NCBI GenBank assembly: GCA_040752415.1
Contig: JBFMGU010000080.1
Coordinates: forward strand, 1 to 39,477
DNA: 39,477 nt
Direction: 5' to 3'
DNA from: Myxococcota bacterium
GTDB taxonomy: Bacteria > Myxococcota > JACRCW01
Part shown: positions 1 to 7,988 of the stretch, in pieces
How the letters are laid out: each line of letters starts with the position of its first letter
Position numbering within the stretch: the first letter of the stretch is position 1
Program-made: the position numbers and the translations under genes
Notes under the pieces: model-generated
The model's input: the letters and a program-made list of their open reading frames with translations, nothing else
Database searches by the model: none
What the model was told of the DNA's origin: nothing

Positions 1-70
1 TATGCCAAGGGGGTCCCACGGTGCTAGGTGGACCCGGAACGGCACCCAAGGGACACGAGGGGAACCCTCC

Positions 71-1858
71 ATGGTGAGCACTGAATCCCGGCTGAGCTAC
101 CGCGTGCGCGTGTTGCCCGCGCAGCATGAGCTGGACGTGGAGATGACCCTGACCGGCGTGCCCGGCGCCTCCGACGTCAAGCTGGCCGTCCCCACCTGGG
201 TGCCCGGCGCCTACGGCTTCATGAAGTACGGCCGCGCCATCTTTGACCTGCGCGCCAGGGATTCCTCGTCGGGCGCGGCGCTCCCCGTCACCCGCGAGGG
301 GTGGAGCGGCTGGCGCGTCAAGACCCCAGGCACCGCCCTCACCGTCCAATACCGCGTCAGCTGTTATGACCCGGCGTGGAGTGAGCTCGTGGGGATTGTG
401 GATTCCGACCAGGCCATCCTGCTCGGCACCAACTACCTGGCGCCCGAGGGCTACCGGGGCCCCTGCTCCGTCAGCTACGCGCTCCCCGAGGGCTGGAAGG
501 TCCACCACAGCTCCGGCGCCGAGGGCGGCTCGTCGGGGAGCTGGAGCTATCCCAGCTACCGCGTGCTGCTGGACACCCCGGTGGTGCTGGGGAACTTCGA
601 GCGGTTCGAGCGCAACGTGGGCGGCACCACGTTCCACATGGTCTTCATGGACCGCGCGCTCGGCTTCGAGCGGGAAGCGCACGGGCTCATGGATGCCGTC
701 GCCAACGTGGCCAAGGCGTGTCACGGCATCTTCGGCAGCTTCCCGTTCAAGGACTACACGTTCATCATGAGCTTCAGCCCGCTGGCGCGCTGGGGCCTGG
801 AGCACGTCAGCGCCACCATGATCGCCTTTGGTGACGACGGGCTCATTGACAAGGACGCGCGCGCCCGCGCCGTGCGCCTGGCCGCCCACGAGCTGTTCCA
901 CGCCTGGAACGTGTGCACGCTGCGCCCCGCCGCGCTGGCCAATCCCGCCCTGGACCTGCTGGGCGGCTCCTTCACCGAGAGCCTCTGGGTGGCCGAGGGC
1001 TTCACCCGCTACTACGAGTACCTGCTCAGCGTGCGCGCCGGCGCCCTCCCCGCCGAGGACTTCCTCAGCAACCTGGTGAACTTCCACCGCCAGCTCACCG
1101 CGCAGCCGGCCTACACGCGCACCAGCGCCGTCGACAGCAGCCTGGCCACCTTCCTCAACCACAACCGCTATCCCGGCAGCGTCAACAACTCCGTCGACTA
1201 CTACGACCTGGGCATGCTCATCGCGTTCGACATGGACATCATCCTGCGCACGCAAAAGAGCCCCAGCTCGCTGGACGCGGAGTTCGCCGCCTTCTACGCG
1301 CAGTACGCCAAGGCCGAGGGCGGCTACACCCACGCGCAGTTCAAGGAGTTCTTCACCCGTCGCTGTCCCGCGCTCTCCGAGGTGTTCGAGCGCGCCGTGG
1401 AGTCCGCGGGCGGGCTGCGCCTGGAGGAGAGCTTCCAGAAGCTGGGCTACAGGGTGGAGAAGCAGGAGCTGCCGTACCTGGGCATCGTGCTGGAGCAGAA
1501 CGAGAGGCCGGTCATTGCCAACGTGCTGCACGACAGCCCCGCGGGCGCCTCCGGTCTGGCCTCGCAGGACGAGCTCCTCAAGCTCAACGGCTTCCCCTAC
1601 AGCACGCGCGCGCTGAGGTGGTGCATTGCCAACGAGAAGGTGCTGCACCTGGAGGTGCGTCGCGGCCACCGGCATCTCAGCTTCGAGGTGAAGCCCGGCA
1701 CGCGCTGGCACGTGGGCAAGCTCACCTGGGCCGGCACCGAGGCGCAGGCAGCGCTGCTGCGCGAGTGGTTCAAGCTCCCGGGCTACGTGCCCACTTCCGG
1801 CAAGGAGGTGGCGCTCAGTGCCTATGACAACTTCCACGGGATCCAGACGGTGTTGTGA
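71..1858 (+). CDS. M61 family glycyl aminopeptidase-like zinc metallopeptidase with C-terminal PDZ domain
   Basis: PTWVPGAY N-terminal motif, GLEH, HELFHAWN (HExxH), LWVAEGFTRYY and a PDZ-like segment (SPAGASGLASQDELLKLNG). Start moved to ATG 71, which follows a GAGGGG SD-like sequence. Confidence 0.9.
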   Translation: MVSTESRLSYRVRVLPAQHELDVEMTLTGVPGASDVKLAVPTWVPGAYGFMKYGRAIFDLRARDSSSGAALPVTREGWSGWRVKTPGTALTVQYRVSCYDPAWSELVGIVDSDQAILLGTNYLAPEGYRGPCSVSYALPEGWKVHHSSGAEGGSSGSWSYPSYRVLLDTPVVLGNFERFERNVGGTTFHMVFMDRALGFEREAHGLMDAVANVAKACHGIFGSFPFKDYTFIMSFSPLARWGLEHVSATMIAFGDDGLIDKDARARAVRLAAHELFHAWNVCTLRPAALANPALDLLGGSFTESLWVAEGFTRYYEYLLSVRAGALPAEDFLSNLVNFHRQLTAQPAYTRTSAVDSSLATFLNHNRYPGSVNNSVDYYDLGMLIAFDMDIILRTQKSPSSLDAEFAAFYAQYAKAEGGYTHAQFKEFFTRRCPALSEVFERAVESAGGLRLEESFQKLGYRVEKQELPYLGIVLEQNERPVIANVLHDSPAGASGLASQDELLKLNGFPYSTRALRWCIANEKVLHLEVRRGHRHLSFEVKPGTRWHVGKLTWAGTEAQAALLREWFKLPGYVPTSGKEVALSAYDNFHGIQTVL

Positions 1859-1885
1859 TCCCGCTTTCCACGACGAGGACGGGCC

Positions 1886-3088
1886 ATGGCTGACAAACCG
1901 CTGACCATGCTGGTGCTGGCCAGCTACTTCAAGGGCGAGCGTTTCATGCGGCAGGCGCACAAGCGCGGCTGCAAGGTGATCCTGCTGACCACGGCCAAGC
2001 GCCTGCACGAGGAGTGGCCGCGCGACATCCTGCACGAGGTCTACGCGCAACAGGACGACAGCCCGCTGGAGCACACCATCAACACGGTGAGCTACCTGGC
2101 GCGCTCCATGAAGTTCGACCGCATTGTCCCCATGGATGACTACGACGTGGAGACCGCGGCCAGCCTGCGTGAGCACCTGCGCATCCCCGGCATGGGCGAC
2201 ACCACCGCGCGCCACTTCCGCGACAAGCTGGCCATGCGCGTGAAGGCCTCCGAGGAGGGCGTGCCGGTCCCGGAGTTCGTGGGCATCATCAACTACGACG
2301 AGATCAAGGACTACATCAGCCGCATCCCCGGCCCCTGGATGCTCAAGCCGCGCATGCAGGCCTCCGCCACCGGCATCAAGAAGATCCACAACGCCGACGA
2401 GCTGTGGCAGGCGCTGGACCAGCTGGGCGACCGGCAGAGTCACTTCCTGCTGGAGCGCTTCGTCCCGGGCGACATCTACCACGTGGACAGCATCATCTCC
2501 GAGCGCAAGGTGGTCTTTGCCGAGGTGCACAAGTGCGGGAAGCCGCCCTTTGACGTGGCGCACGGCGGCGGCATCTTCACCACCCGCACCGTGGAGCGCG
2601 GCAGCGACGACGAGAAGAAGCTGCGCGAGCTCAACCTCAAGGTGCTGGAGAAGCTCAACATGGTGCGCGGGGTGAGCCACACCGAGTACATCAAGGGCAA
2701 GGACGGCAGGTTCTACTTCATGGAGACCAGCGCGCGGGTGGGCGGCGCGCACATCTCCGACGTGGTGGAGGCCGCCACCGGCGTGAACCTGTGGGAGGAG
2801 TGGGCCAACATCGAGGTGGACAAGGGCGAGAAGCCCTACGTGCTGCCCGCCGGCATGCGCCAGGAGTACGCGGGCGTGGCCATCACGCTCAGCAAGCAGG
2901 AGTGGCCGGACTACTCGGGCTACACCGACCCCGAAATCATCATGAAGGTGAAGAAGAAGCAGCACGCGGGCATCGTGGTGCGCAGCAAGGACCCGGGTCG
3001 CGTCAAGAGCCTCATGGAGAGCTACGCGGAGCGTTTTGCGCGTGACTTCCTGGCCGTGGTGCCCCCGCCCGAGCGCCCCAACGACTGA
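1886..3088 (+). CDS. ATP-grasp domain protein (carboxylate-amine ligase-like)
   Basis: FRDKLAMR, WMLKPRMQASATGIKK, LLERFVPG and FMETSARVGGA match ATP-grasp signatures. 27-bp gap after the M61 gene with a GAGG SD, so probably co-transcribed. Confidence 0.88.
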   Translation: MADKPLTMLVLASYFKGERFMRQAHKRGCKVILLTTAKRLHEEWPRDILHEVYAQQDDSPLEHTINTVSYLARSMKFDRIVPMDDYDVETAASLREHLRIPGMGDTTARHFRDKLAMRVKASEEGVPVPEFVGIINYDEIKDYISRIPGPWMLKPRMQASATGIKKIHNADELWQALDQLGDRQSHFLLERFVPGDIYHVDSIISERKVVFAEVHKCGKPPFDVAHGGGIFTTRTVERGSDDEKKLRELNLKVLEKLNMVRGVSHTEYIKGKDGRFYFMETSARVGGAHISDVVEAATGVNLWEEWANIEVDKGEKPYVLPAGMRQEYAGVAITLSKQEWPDYSGYTDPEIIMKVKKKQHAGIVVRSKDPGRVKSLMESYAERFARDFLAVVPPPERPND

Positions 3089-3091
3089 AAC

Positions 3092-3139
3092 ACCCGCCTC
3101 CGCCCGTCGACCCTCCTCGTCGGCGGGCGGGCAGCGGGT
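3092..3139. terminator. GC-rich hairpin between convergent genes (probable terminator)
   Basis: Stem CCGCCCGTCGAC (3100-3111) / GTCGGCGGGCGG (3119-3130) with a 7-nt loop and one G-U pair, extended by ACCCGC/GCGGGT. No U-tract. Confidence 0.45.
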
Positions 3140-3193
3140 CCTCACAGACAAGAATGTCCGCGCCACGGGTGACGGCGAAGCAGGGTGTGGACC

Positions 3194-3898
3194 TCACGGC
3201 TCCACGCGACCGTCTACCTCGAGCCGGTAGCCGTAGCCGCGCACGGTGCGGATGCGCCACGCGGACTGCGGTGACCAGCCGAGCTTCTTCTTGATGCTGG
3301 AAATGAAGTTGTCCACGGTCCGCTCCTCGACGTGGACCGCGCCCCACACCTCGCGCAGCAGCTCATCCCGCGACAGGGCGCGGTCGTGGTTGCGCAACAG
3401 GCACTGCAGCACGTCGAACTCCGTGCGGGTGAGGTCCACCTGCGCGCCTCCGTCGCCACGCAGCACGCGCGCGCCGGGGTCCAGCGCAAATCCGGGAAGC
3501 CGCAGCACCTGCGTGGCCGCCACCGGCGCCCTCCGCGACAACGCCCGCACCCGCGCCAGCAGCTCGCGCAGGCGGTAGGGCTTCTGCAGGTAGTCGTCGG
3601 CGCCGGCGTTGAAGCCCTGCACCACGTCGTCCTCCAGCGTCCGCGCCGTCAGCATCAACACGCGCGCGCCCACGCCCTGCTCGCGCAGCATGCGACACAG
3701 CCGGTACCCGTCGGTGTCCGGGAGCATGATGTCCAGGATGATCACGTCCAGCGGCTGGCTGTTCCAGCATTGCTGCGCGCCCGCCCCGTCGGGGACGGCG
3801 GTGACGTGGTAGCCGTCCGCGCGCAGGTTGTCCTCGAGCGTGGCGCGCAGGTGCGCGTCGTCTTCCACCACCAGGATGTGCACCTGCGAGCCCGTCAT
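3194..3898 (-). CDS. OmpR/PhoB-family response regulator
   Basis: Receiver motifs ILVVEDD, LDIMLP, LMLTA, GADDYLQKP and winged-helix motifs LTRTEF, RTVDNFIS, IRTVRGYGY. ATG 3898 overlaps the kinase stop (ATGA). Confidence 0.95.
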   Translation of the reverse strand: MTGSQVHILVVEDDAHLRATLEDNLRADGYHVTAVPDGAGAQQCWNSQPLDVIILDIMLPDTDGYRLCRMLREQGVGARVLMLTARTLEDDVVQGFNAGADDYLQKPYRLRELLARVRALSRRAPVAATQVLRLPGFALDPGARVLRGDGGAQVDLTRTEFDVLQCLLRNHDRALSRDELLREVWGAVHVEERTVDNFISSIKKKLGWSPQSAWRIRTVRGYGYRLEVDGRVEP

Positions 3899-5718
3899 CC
3901 CACGCCCCGCACGGGCAACCGCAGGATGAACGTGGTGCCCGACGCGGATGAAGCATGCACGGCAATCGACCCGCCGTGAAGCTGCATCACCTGTCGACAC
4001 AACGAAAGCCCGATGCCACTGCCCCGGTCATTGCTGCGCGAGCTGCTGCCCCGCACGAAATCCTCGAACACCGCGCGATGCTCCGACGGGGAAATGCCGC
4101 GGCCATTGTCGGAGACCAGGAGGCACAACGGCTGTCCCTCCACGCTGCTCACCGCGATGTGCACCGGCGTGCGGTCGTTGTACTGGCACGCGTTGCGGAA
4201 GAGGTTCTGGAACACCAACTGCAGCATCTGCGGGTCGGCTTCCACCTGCACGTCGGTGAGCTGGTCCAGGTCAAACTCCACCGGCACCGGGCTGTGCGCT
4301 CCCACGTCGTGGGCCACGCCTTCCACCAGCTCACGCAGGCCCAGCCGCGTCCGGCGCAACGTCACGCGCCCCTTCTCGAGCCGGTTGTAGGAGAGCAGGT
4401 TCTCCACCATGAGCGACAGGCCGTCGACGTCGGAGATGAGGCGCGCCGGGTAGTCGCGGACGCGCTCGTCGTCACCCAGCCGCAGCTGCAGGGTCTCCGC
4501 GATGAGCCGCATGGACGTCAGCGGCGTGCGCAGCTCATGGGACACCGCCGCCACGAAGTCGCTCTTCAGCGCCACGAAACGCAGCCGACGCCAATGCGCG
4601 AGCCACCCCGCCACCAAGGCCGCCAGGGCCAGCATGATGCTCGTGGCCAGCATGCCGGTCTTCAGGTGGTAGCGACTTTGCGCCTGCTCGCGTGCGGCCT
4701 CGCGCCACGTTGTCACCACGGGAATGCGGAGGGAGTCCAGGTCCACGTGCGCGGGCGCGGGACCCAGCGTGTCGTCGGGGCGGAGCAGGCCCAGGGTGCG
4801 CATCCGTTCCGTGGTGCCCATGATGATCGCGGGAAGCTCCACGGTCACACCGACGACGCCCTGGTCCGAGCGCCGCTCGACGTAGCGTGTGCCGCCCTCG
4901 AGCAGAGAGGCCTGCGGGAGATCGTCGGGGACGTTCCATGTGGCGGGATGGGGTCGGTCCAACGCGGCGACGAAGTCATCCACCGGGATTCCCAGCGCAC
5001 GGCCCAGGGTGGTGGCACGCGAGCCCAACAGCTCCACGTCGGCGAGATGAAGGTGTTCCCGGTTGGCGACGAGATACGGCATCACCCCCTCCACCTTCTG
5101 CGTCCCTGAGGTCTTGATTCCGTCACGCAGCACCAGCAACGCAAGGTTCCGATCCGGTTTGGCGCGGGCTGCCAGCTGCTCCAGCGCCCAGAGCTGCGTC
5201 ACCACCTCCACGACAACACCAAGCCGATGTTGCGCGCGATGTCGCAGCAGGCCGCGAAACGCCCCTTCCACACCCGGGCGATGACCGGTGCTGAGCGCAG
5301 TGTTGAGCTGCGCCAGGACCTGGAGCCGCTGCTCAATGGTCTCGTCGACGTCGACGAACTGGCCGCCATCCAGGCGCGCCCACAACGCAGCGGCCTGAGG
5401 CGTGGCATTGCGCTGGGTGAAGCGTTCCCGGGGAAGGCGCTGCCGGCCGCGTTCGTCGATCCACAGCACACGGGTATCGTCGAGAAGGGCGTTCTCCTCG
5501 ATGGCGAGGAACAGTGCTTCCGCATCCCGGAGCGTCTGAGACAGCGCCCGCGCCACCATGCGGCCGGCCAGCTCTTCCGTCGATCGTGTCTCCCGCTCCA
5601 AGGACGCCAGCACCTCGTCGCGCTCGGTGACGAAGACGCGGTGCAGTGGAATGGCCCCGAGCCCCAGCGCGAACAGCGCGAGGATGAACGGCGGGAGGAT
5701 GGTGAGCGTCCGTCGCAT
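3895..5718 (-). CDS. Membrane sensor histidine kinase (HisKA + HATPase)
   Basis: Two hydrophobic segments flank a large extracytoplasmic domain. H-box SHELRTP, N-box NLFRNACQY, G boxes DNGRG and GSGIGL. Likely start MRRTLTIL at 5718, 7 bp after the VWA gene stop. Confidence 0.93.
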   Translation of the reverse strand: MRRTLTILPPFILALFALGLGAIPLHRVFVTERDEVLASLERETRSTEELAGRMVARALSQTLRDAEALFLAIEENALLDDTRVLWIDERGRQRLPRERFTQRNATPQAAALWARLDGGQFVDVDETIEQRLQVLAQLNTALSTGHRPGVEGAFRGLLRHRAQHRLGVVVEVVTQLWALEQLAARAKPDRNLALLVLRDGIKTSGTQKVEGVMPYLVANREHLHLADVELLGSRATTLGRALGIPVDDFVAALDRPHPATWNVPDDLPQASLLEGGTRYVERRSDQGVVGVTVELPAIIMGTTERMRTLGLLRPDDTLGPAPAHVDLDSLRIPVVTTWREAAREQAQSRYHLKTGMLATSIMLALAALVAGWLAHWRRLRFVALKSDFVAAVSHELRTPLTSMRLIAETLQLRLGDDERVRDYPARLISDVDGLSLMVENLLSYNRLEKGRVTLRRTRLGLRELVEGVAHDVGAHSPVPVEFDLDQLTDVQVEADPQMLQLVFQNLFRNACQYNDRTPVHIAVSSVEGQPLCLLVSDNGRGISPSEHRAVFEDFVRGSSSRSNDRGSGIGLSLCRQVMQLHGGSIAVHASSASGTTFILRLPVRGVG

Positions 5719-5725
5719 GGTGGGC

Positions 5726-7663
5726 TCAGCGGAGGATGGGGAGCGTGTCAAAGTCCATCTGCGCCACCGGTGCCACCGACTCGAAACGGTCCCTCCGACG
5801 GTCCAGGGAACGCGCGGTGCGGATGAGCATTCCCAGCTCGACCACGTCGGGGCGGGCGGCGAGGGAGGGATGGAGTTGGGAGTGCAGGCGCAGCAACTCG
5901 TCATAGGTGAGCGTGCGCGCCCAGTAGGAACCACGCAGCTTCTCCGCAAATCCCGCCGACACCAACGCCAGCCGCGCCGCGGAAGAGGCGTGGTCGACGG
6001 AGTCCCGCAGGATCTCCCGGCCCATGATCCACTCCCGCAACTGCGACGCGCCCCCTTCCGGCGCCTTGTGACGCAGCCGCAGCACACCCAGCGGAGAGGA
6101 GCCGGGATTCACCTTGATCTCGTACAGCGCGGTGACGGCGTGGCCCGCGCCAATCTCCCCCGCGTCGACCTTGTCATTGTGGAAATCACGATCCGCGAGG
6201 TGCCGGTTCTCGTAGCCGAGCAGGCGGTAGCGCACGACGCTGGCCGGGTCGAACTCCACCTGCACCTTCACGTCCTTGGCAATCACCTGCAGCGTCCCGG
6301 TGAGCGCCTGCACGAAGATGCGCCGCGCCTCCGCGGGCTTGTCGACGTAGGCGTAGAAGCCCTCACCCTGGTCGGCGAGACGCTCCATCAGCTCGTCATT
6401 GTAGTGGCCCATGCCGAACCCGACGGTGGTGAGCGTGATGCCACCCGCGGCCTCGTCGCGCACGGTGTTGAAGATGCCATCCGCGTCGGTGACGCCGTTG
6501 TTGGCCACGCCGTCGGAGCAGAGGATGACGCGGCTGTTGATGCCCGGTCGCGCGTTGACGGACGCCATGCGGTAGCCCAGCAGCATGCCTTCCTGGACGT
6601 TGGTGGACCCGTTGACCTGCAGGTTGTTGAGCGCGGGGATGATGCGGTCCTTCTCGTTGGCGGGCGTGGGACGCAGCGCCACGTACGCATGGGACCCGTA
6701 GCCCACGATGGAGACGGTATCTCCCTCGTGCAGCTGGTCCACGAGGAGCGTGAGCGCGTAGCGCACCATGTCCAGCCGGTTCTCCATCTGCATGGAGCCG
6801 GAAGTGTCGACGACGAAGACGAGATTGGCGGGCTTGCGCTGGTCGTCGGCCACCACGCGACCTTTCAGGCCGAGCTGGAGCACGTGATAGCCCTTTCGCG
6901 TCGGGGAGGGATACGCCTCGACGGAAACACTGAACGGTTCCTGCTCCGGCGGCCGGTAGCCGTAGTCGAACGCGTTGATGAACTCTTCCACGCGCACGCC
7001 GTCGGGACTCGGCAGGGAACCGCGCTGCAGGTAGGAGCGCGCGAGCGTGAAGCTTCCGGTGTCAACGTCGACCGAGAACGTGGACACGCGGTCGGCGGCG
7101 GTATCGATGGTGGGATTCACGCCGTAGTTCTTGAAGAACATGTCCGGGTGCGGCTGCGCGTCGAGAATCTGCAGATCGGTGAGCTGCTTCGCCGGCGCGG
7201 GGTCCCGTTGTTCCTGTGCCTTTTCGCTCTCCAAGTACTCACCGTCCGGCTTTCGAAGATCTCCGTCGATGGACTTGTCACTAAACTCGATCACCGTCTT
7301 CTTGCTGCGCTCCTCCGCCGCTGCTCTCTCCTCGGGCTCCGCCGGAATCCTGTCTTCCTCGTTGGACGAACCCCACGGGCTCGGCGGCAACGGGGGAGGA
7401 GGAGGAAGTGGAAAGAGACGACCGCGTTTCGCCGCAACTTCCTTCTTCACCGTTGGGCTAGCGCGACGTGCTCGCGGTGCGGACTCGTCCTCCTCTCCAC
7501 CGAGCGCCTGTCCACGCTCCCCTTCCTCTTCGTCCGTCGGGGCTTCCTCCTCCTTCTTCCCGTCGTAGCGTGACTGCGCTCGACCATCGTCGGACCCGGC
7601 CCGGTGTGCGAGGCAGCCGGCCAACGTCGTGAGCAGCAGCAGTGCGTGGAAGCGGATGCGCAT
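5726..7663 (-). CDS. YfbK-like von Willebrand factor A lipoprotein (vWF_A + VWA + DUF3520-type C-terminus)
   Basis: Lipobox LAGC after a signal peptide, then STFSVDVDTGSF, VRVEEFINAFDY, MIDAS DTSGS, SDGVANNG and YRLLGYENR...DAGEIGAGHAVTALYE. ATG 7663 has a GGAGG SD. Confidence 0.9.
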   Translation of the reverse strand: MRIRFHALLLLTTLAGCLAHRAGSDDGRAQSRYDGKKEEEAPTDEEEGERGQALGGEEDESAPRARRASPTVKKEVAAKRGRLFPLPPPPPLPPSPWGSSNEEDRIPAEPEERAAAEERSKKTVIEFSDKSIDGDLRKPDGEYLESEKAQEQRDPAPAKQLTDLQILDAQPHPDMFFKNYGVNPTIDTAADRVSTFSVDVDTGSFTLARSYLQRGSLPSPDGVRVEEFINAFDYGYRPPEQEPFSVSVEAYPSPTRKGYHVLQLGLKGRVVADDQRKPANLVFVVDTSGSMQMENRLDMVRYALTLLVDQLHEGDTVSIVGYGSHAYVALRPTPANEKDRIIPALNNLQVNGSTNVQEGMLLGYRMASVNARPGINSRVILCSDGVANNGVTDADGIFNTVRDEAAGGITLTTVGFGMGHYNDELMERLADQGEGFYAYVDKPAEARRIFVQALTGTLQVIAKDVKVQVEFDPASVVRYRLLGYENRHLADRDFHNDKVDAGEIGAGHAVTALYEIKVNPGSSPLGVLRLRHKAPEGGASQLREWIMGREILRDSVDHASSAARLALVSAGFAEKLRGSYWARTLTYDELLRLHSQLHPSLAARPDVVELGMLIRTARSLDRRRDRFESVAPVAQMDFDTLPILR

Positions 7664-7734
7664 CGGTTCCTCCGTGAGATGGCTCCACCCTGCCACCGCA
7701 CATCACGATCATGTGTCAGCACACCGCTGCGGAA

Positions 7735-7751
7735 TCGTCATGATTTCGTCA
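7735..7751 (-). promoter_or_regulatory. Putative OmpR/PhoB-type tandem binding site TGACGA-N5-TGACGA
   Basis: Plus-strand TCGTCA at 7735-7740 and 7746-7751 (11-bp period), ~70 bp upstream of the VWA-HK-RR operon. Confidence 0.55.
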
Positions 7752-7988
7752 CGGACGCGGATGTTCCTTCCGGACCAACGTGACATGGACGCGCGCCTCC
7801 CGCAGCACCTTCACTGAGGAACTGCACGCCGGTGACGACGTCAGAACCCACACACTCCTCCCTGCTCCCACCTTCTCCCATCAGCCAAGGTGCCTTCCCC
7901 CACTTTTGTCGCATGTCGGTGGGGGCCCCGTGCGGGCACGGTTGCGCGCGTCTTGATTCCGCGACTCCAACGCAAGGGGCACATACAC

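Noticed and set aside
3899..6087. Extended ORF-track starts for the regulator (4000) and kinase (6087); likewise 2, 7890, 17659, 20899, 22102 and 23120
   Set aside because: The extensions overlap neighbouring genes or promoters and look non-coding. Downstream starts match family N-termini, signal peptides or SD sites.
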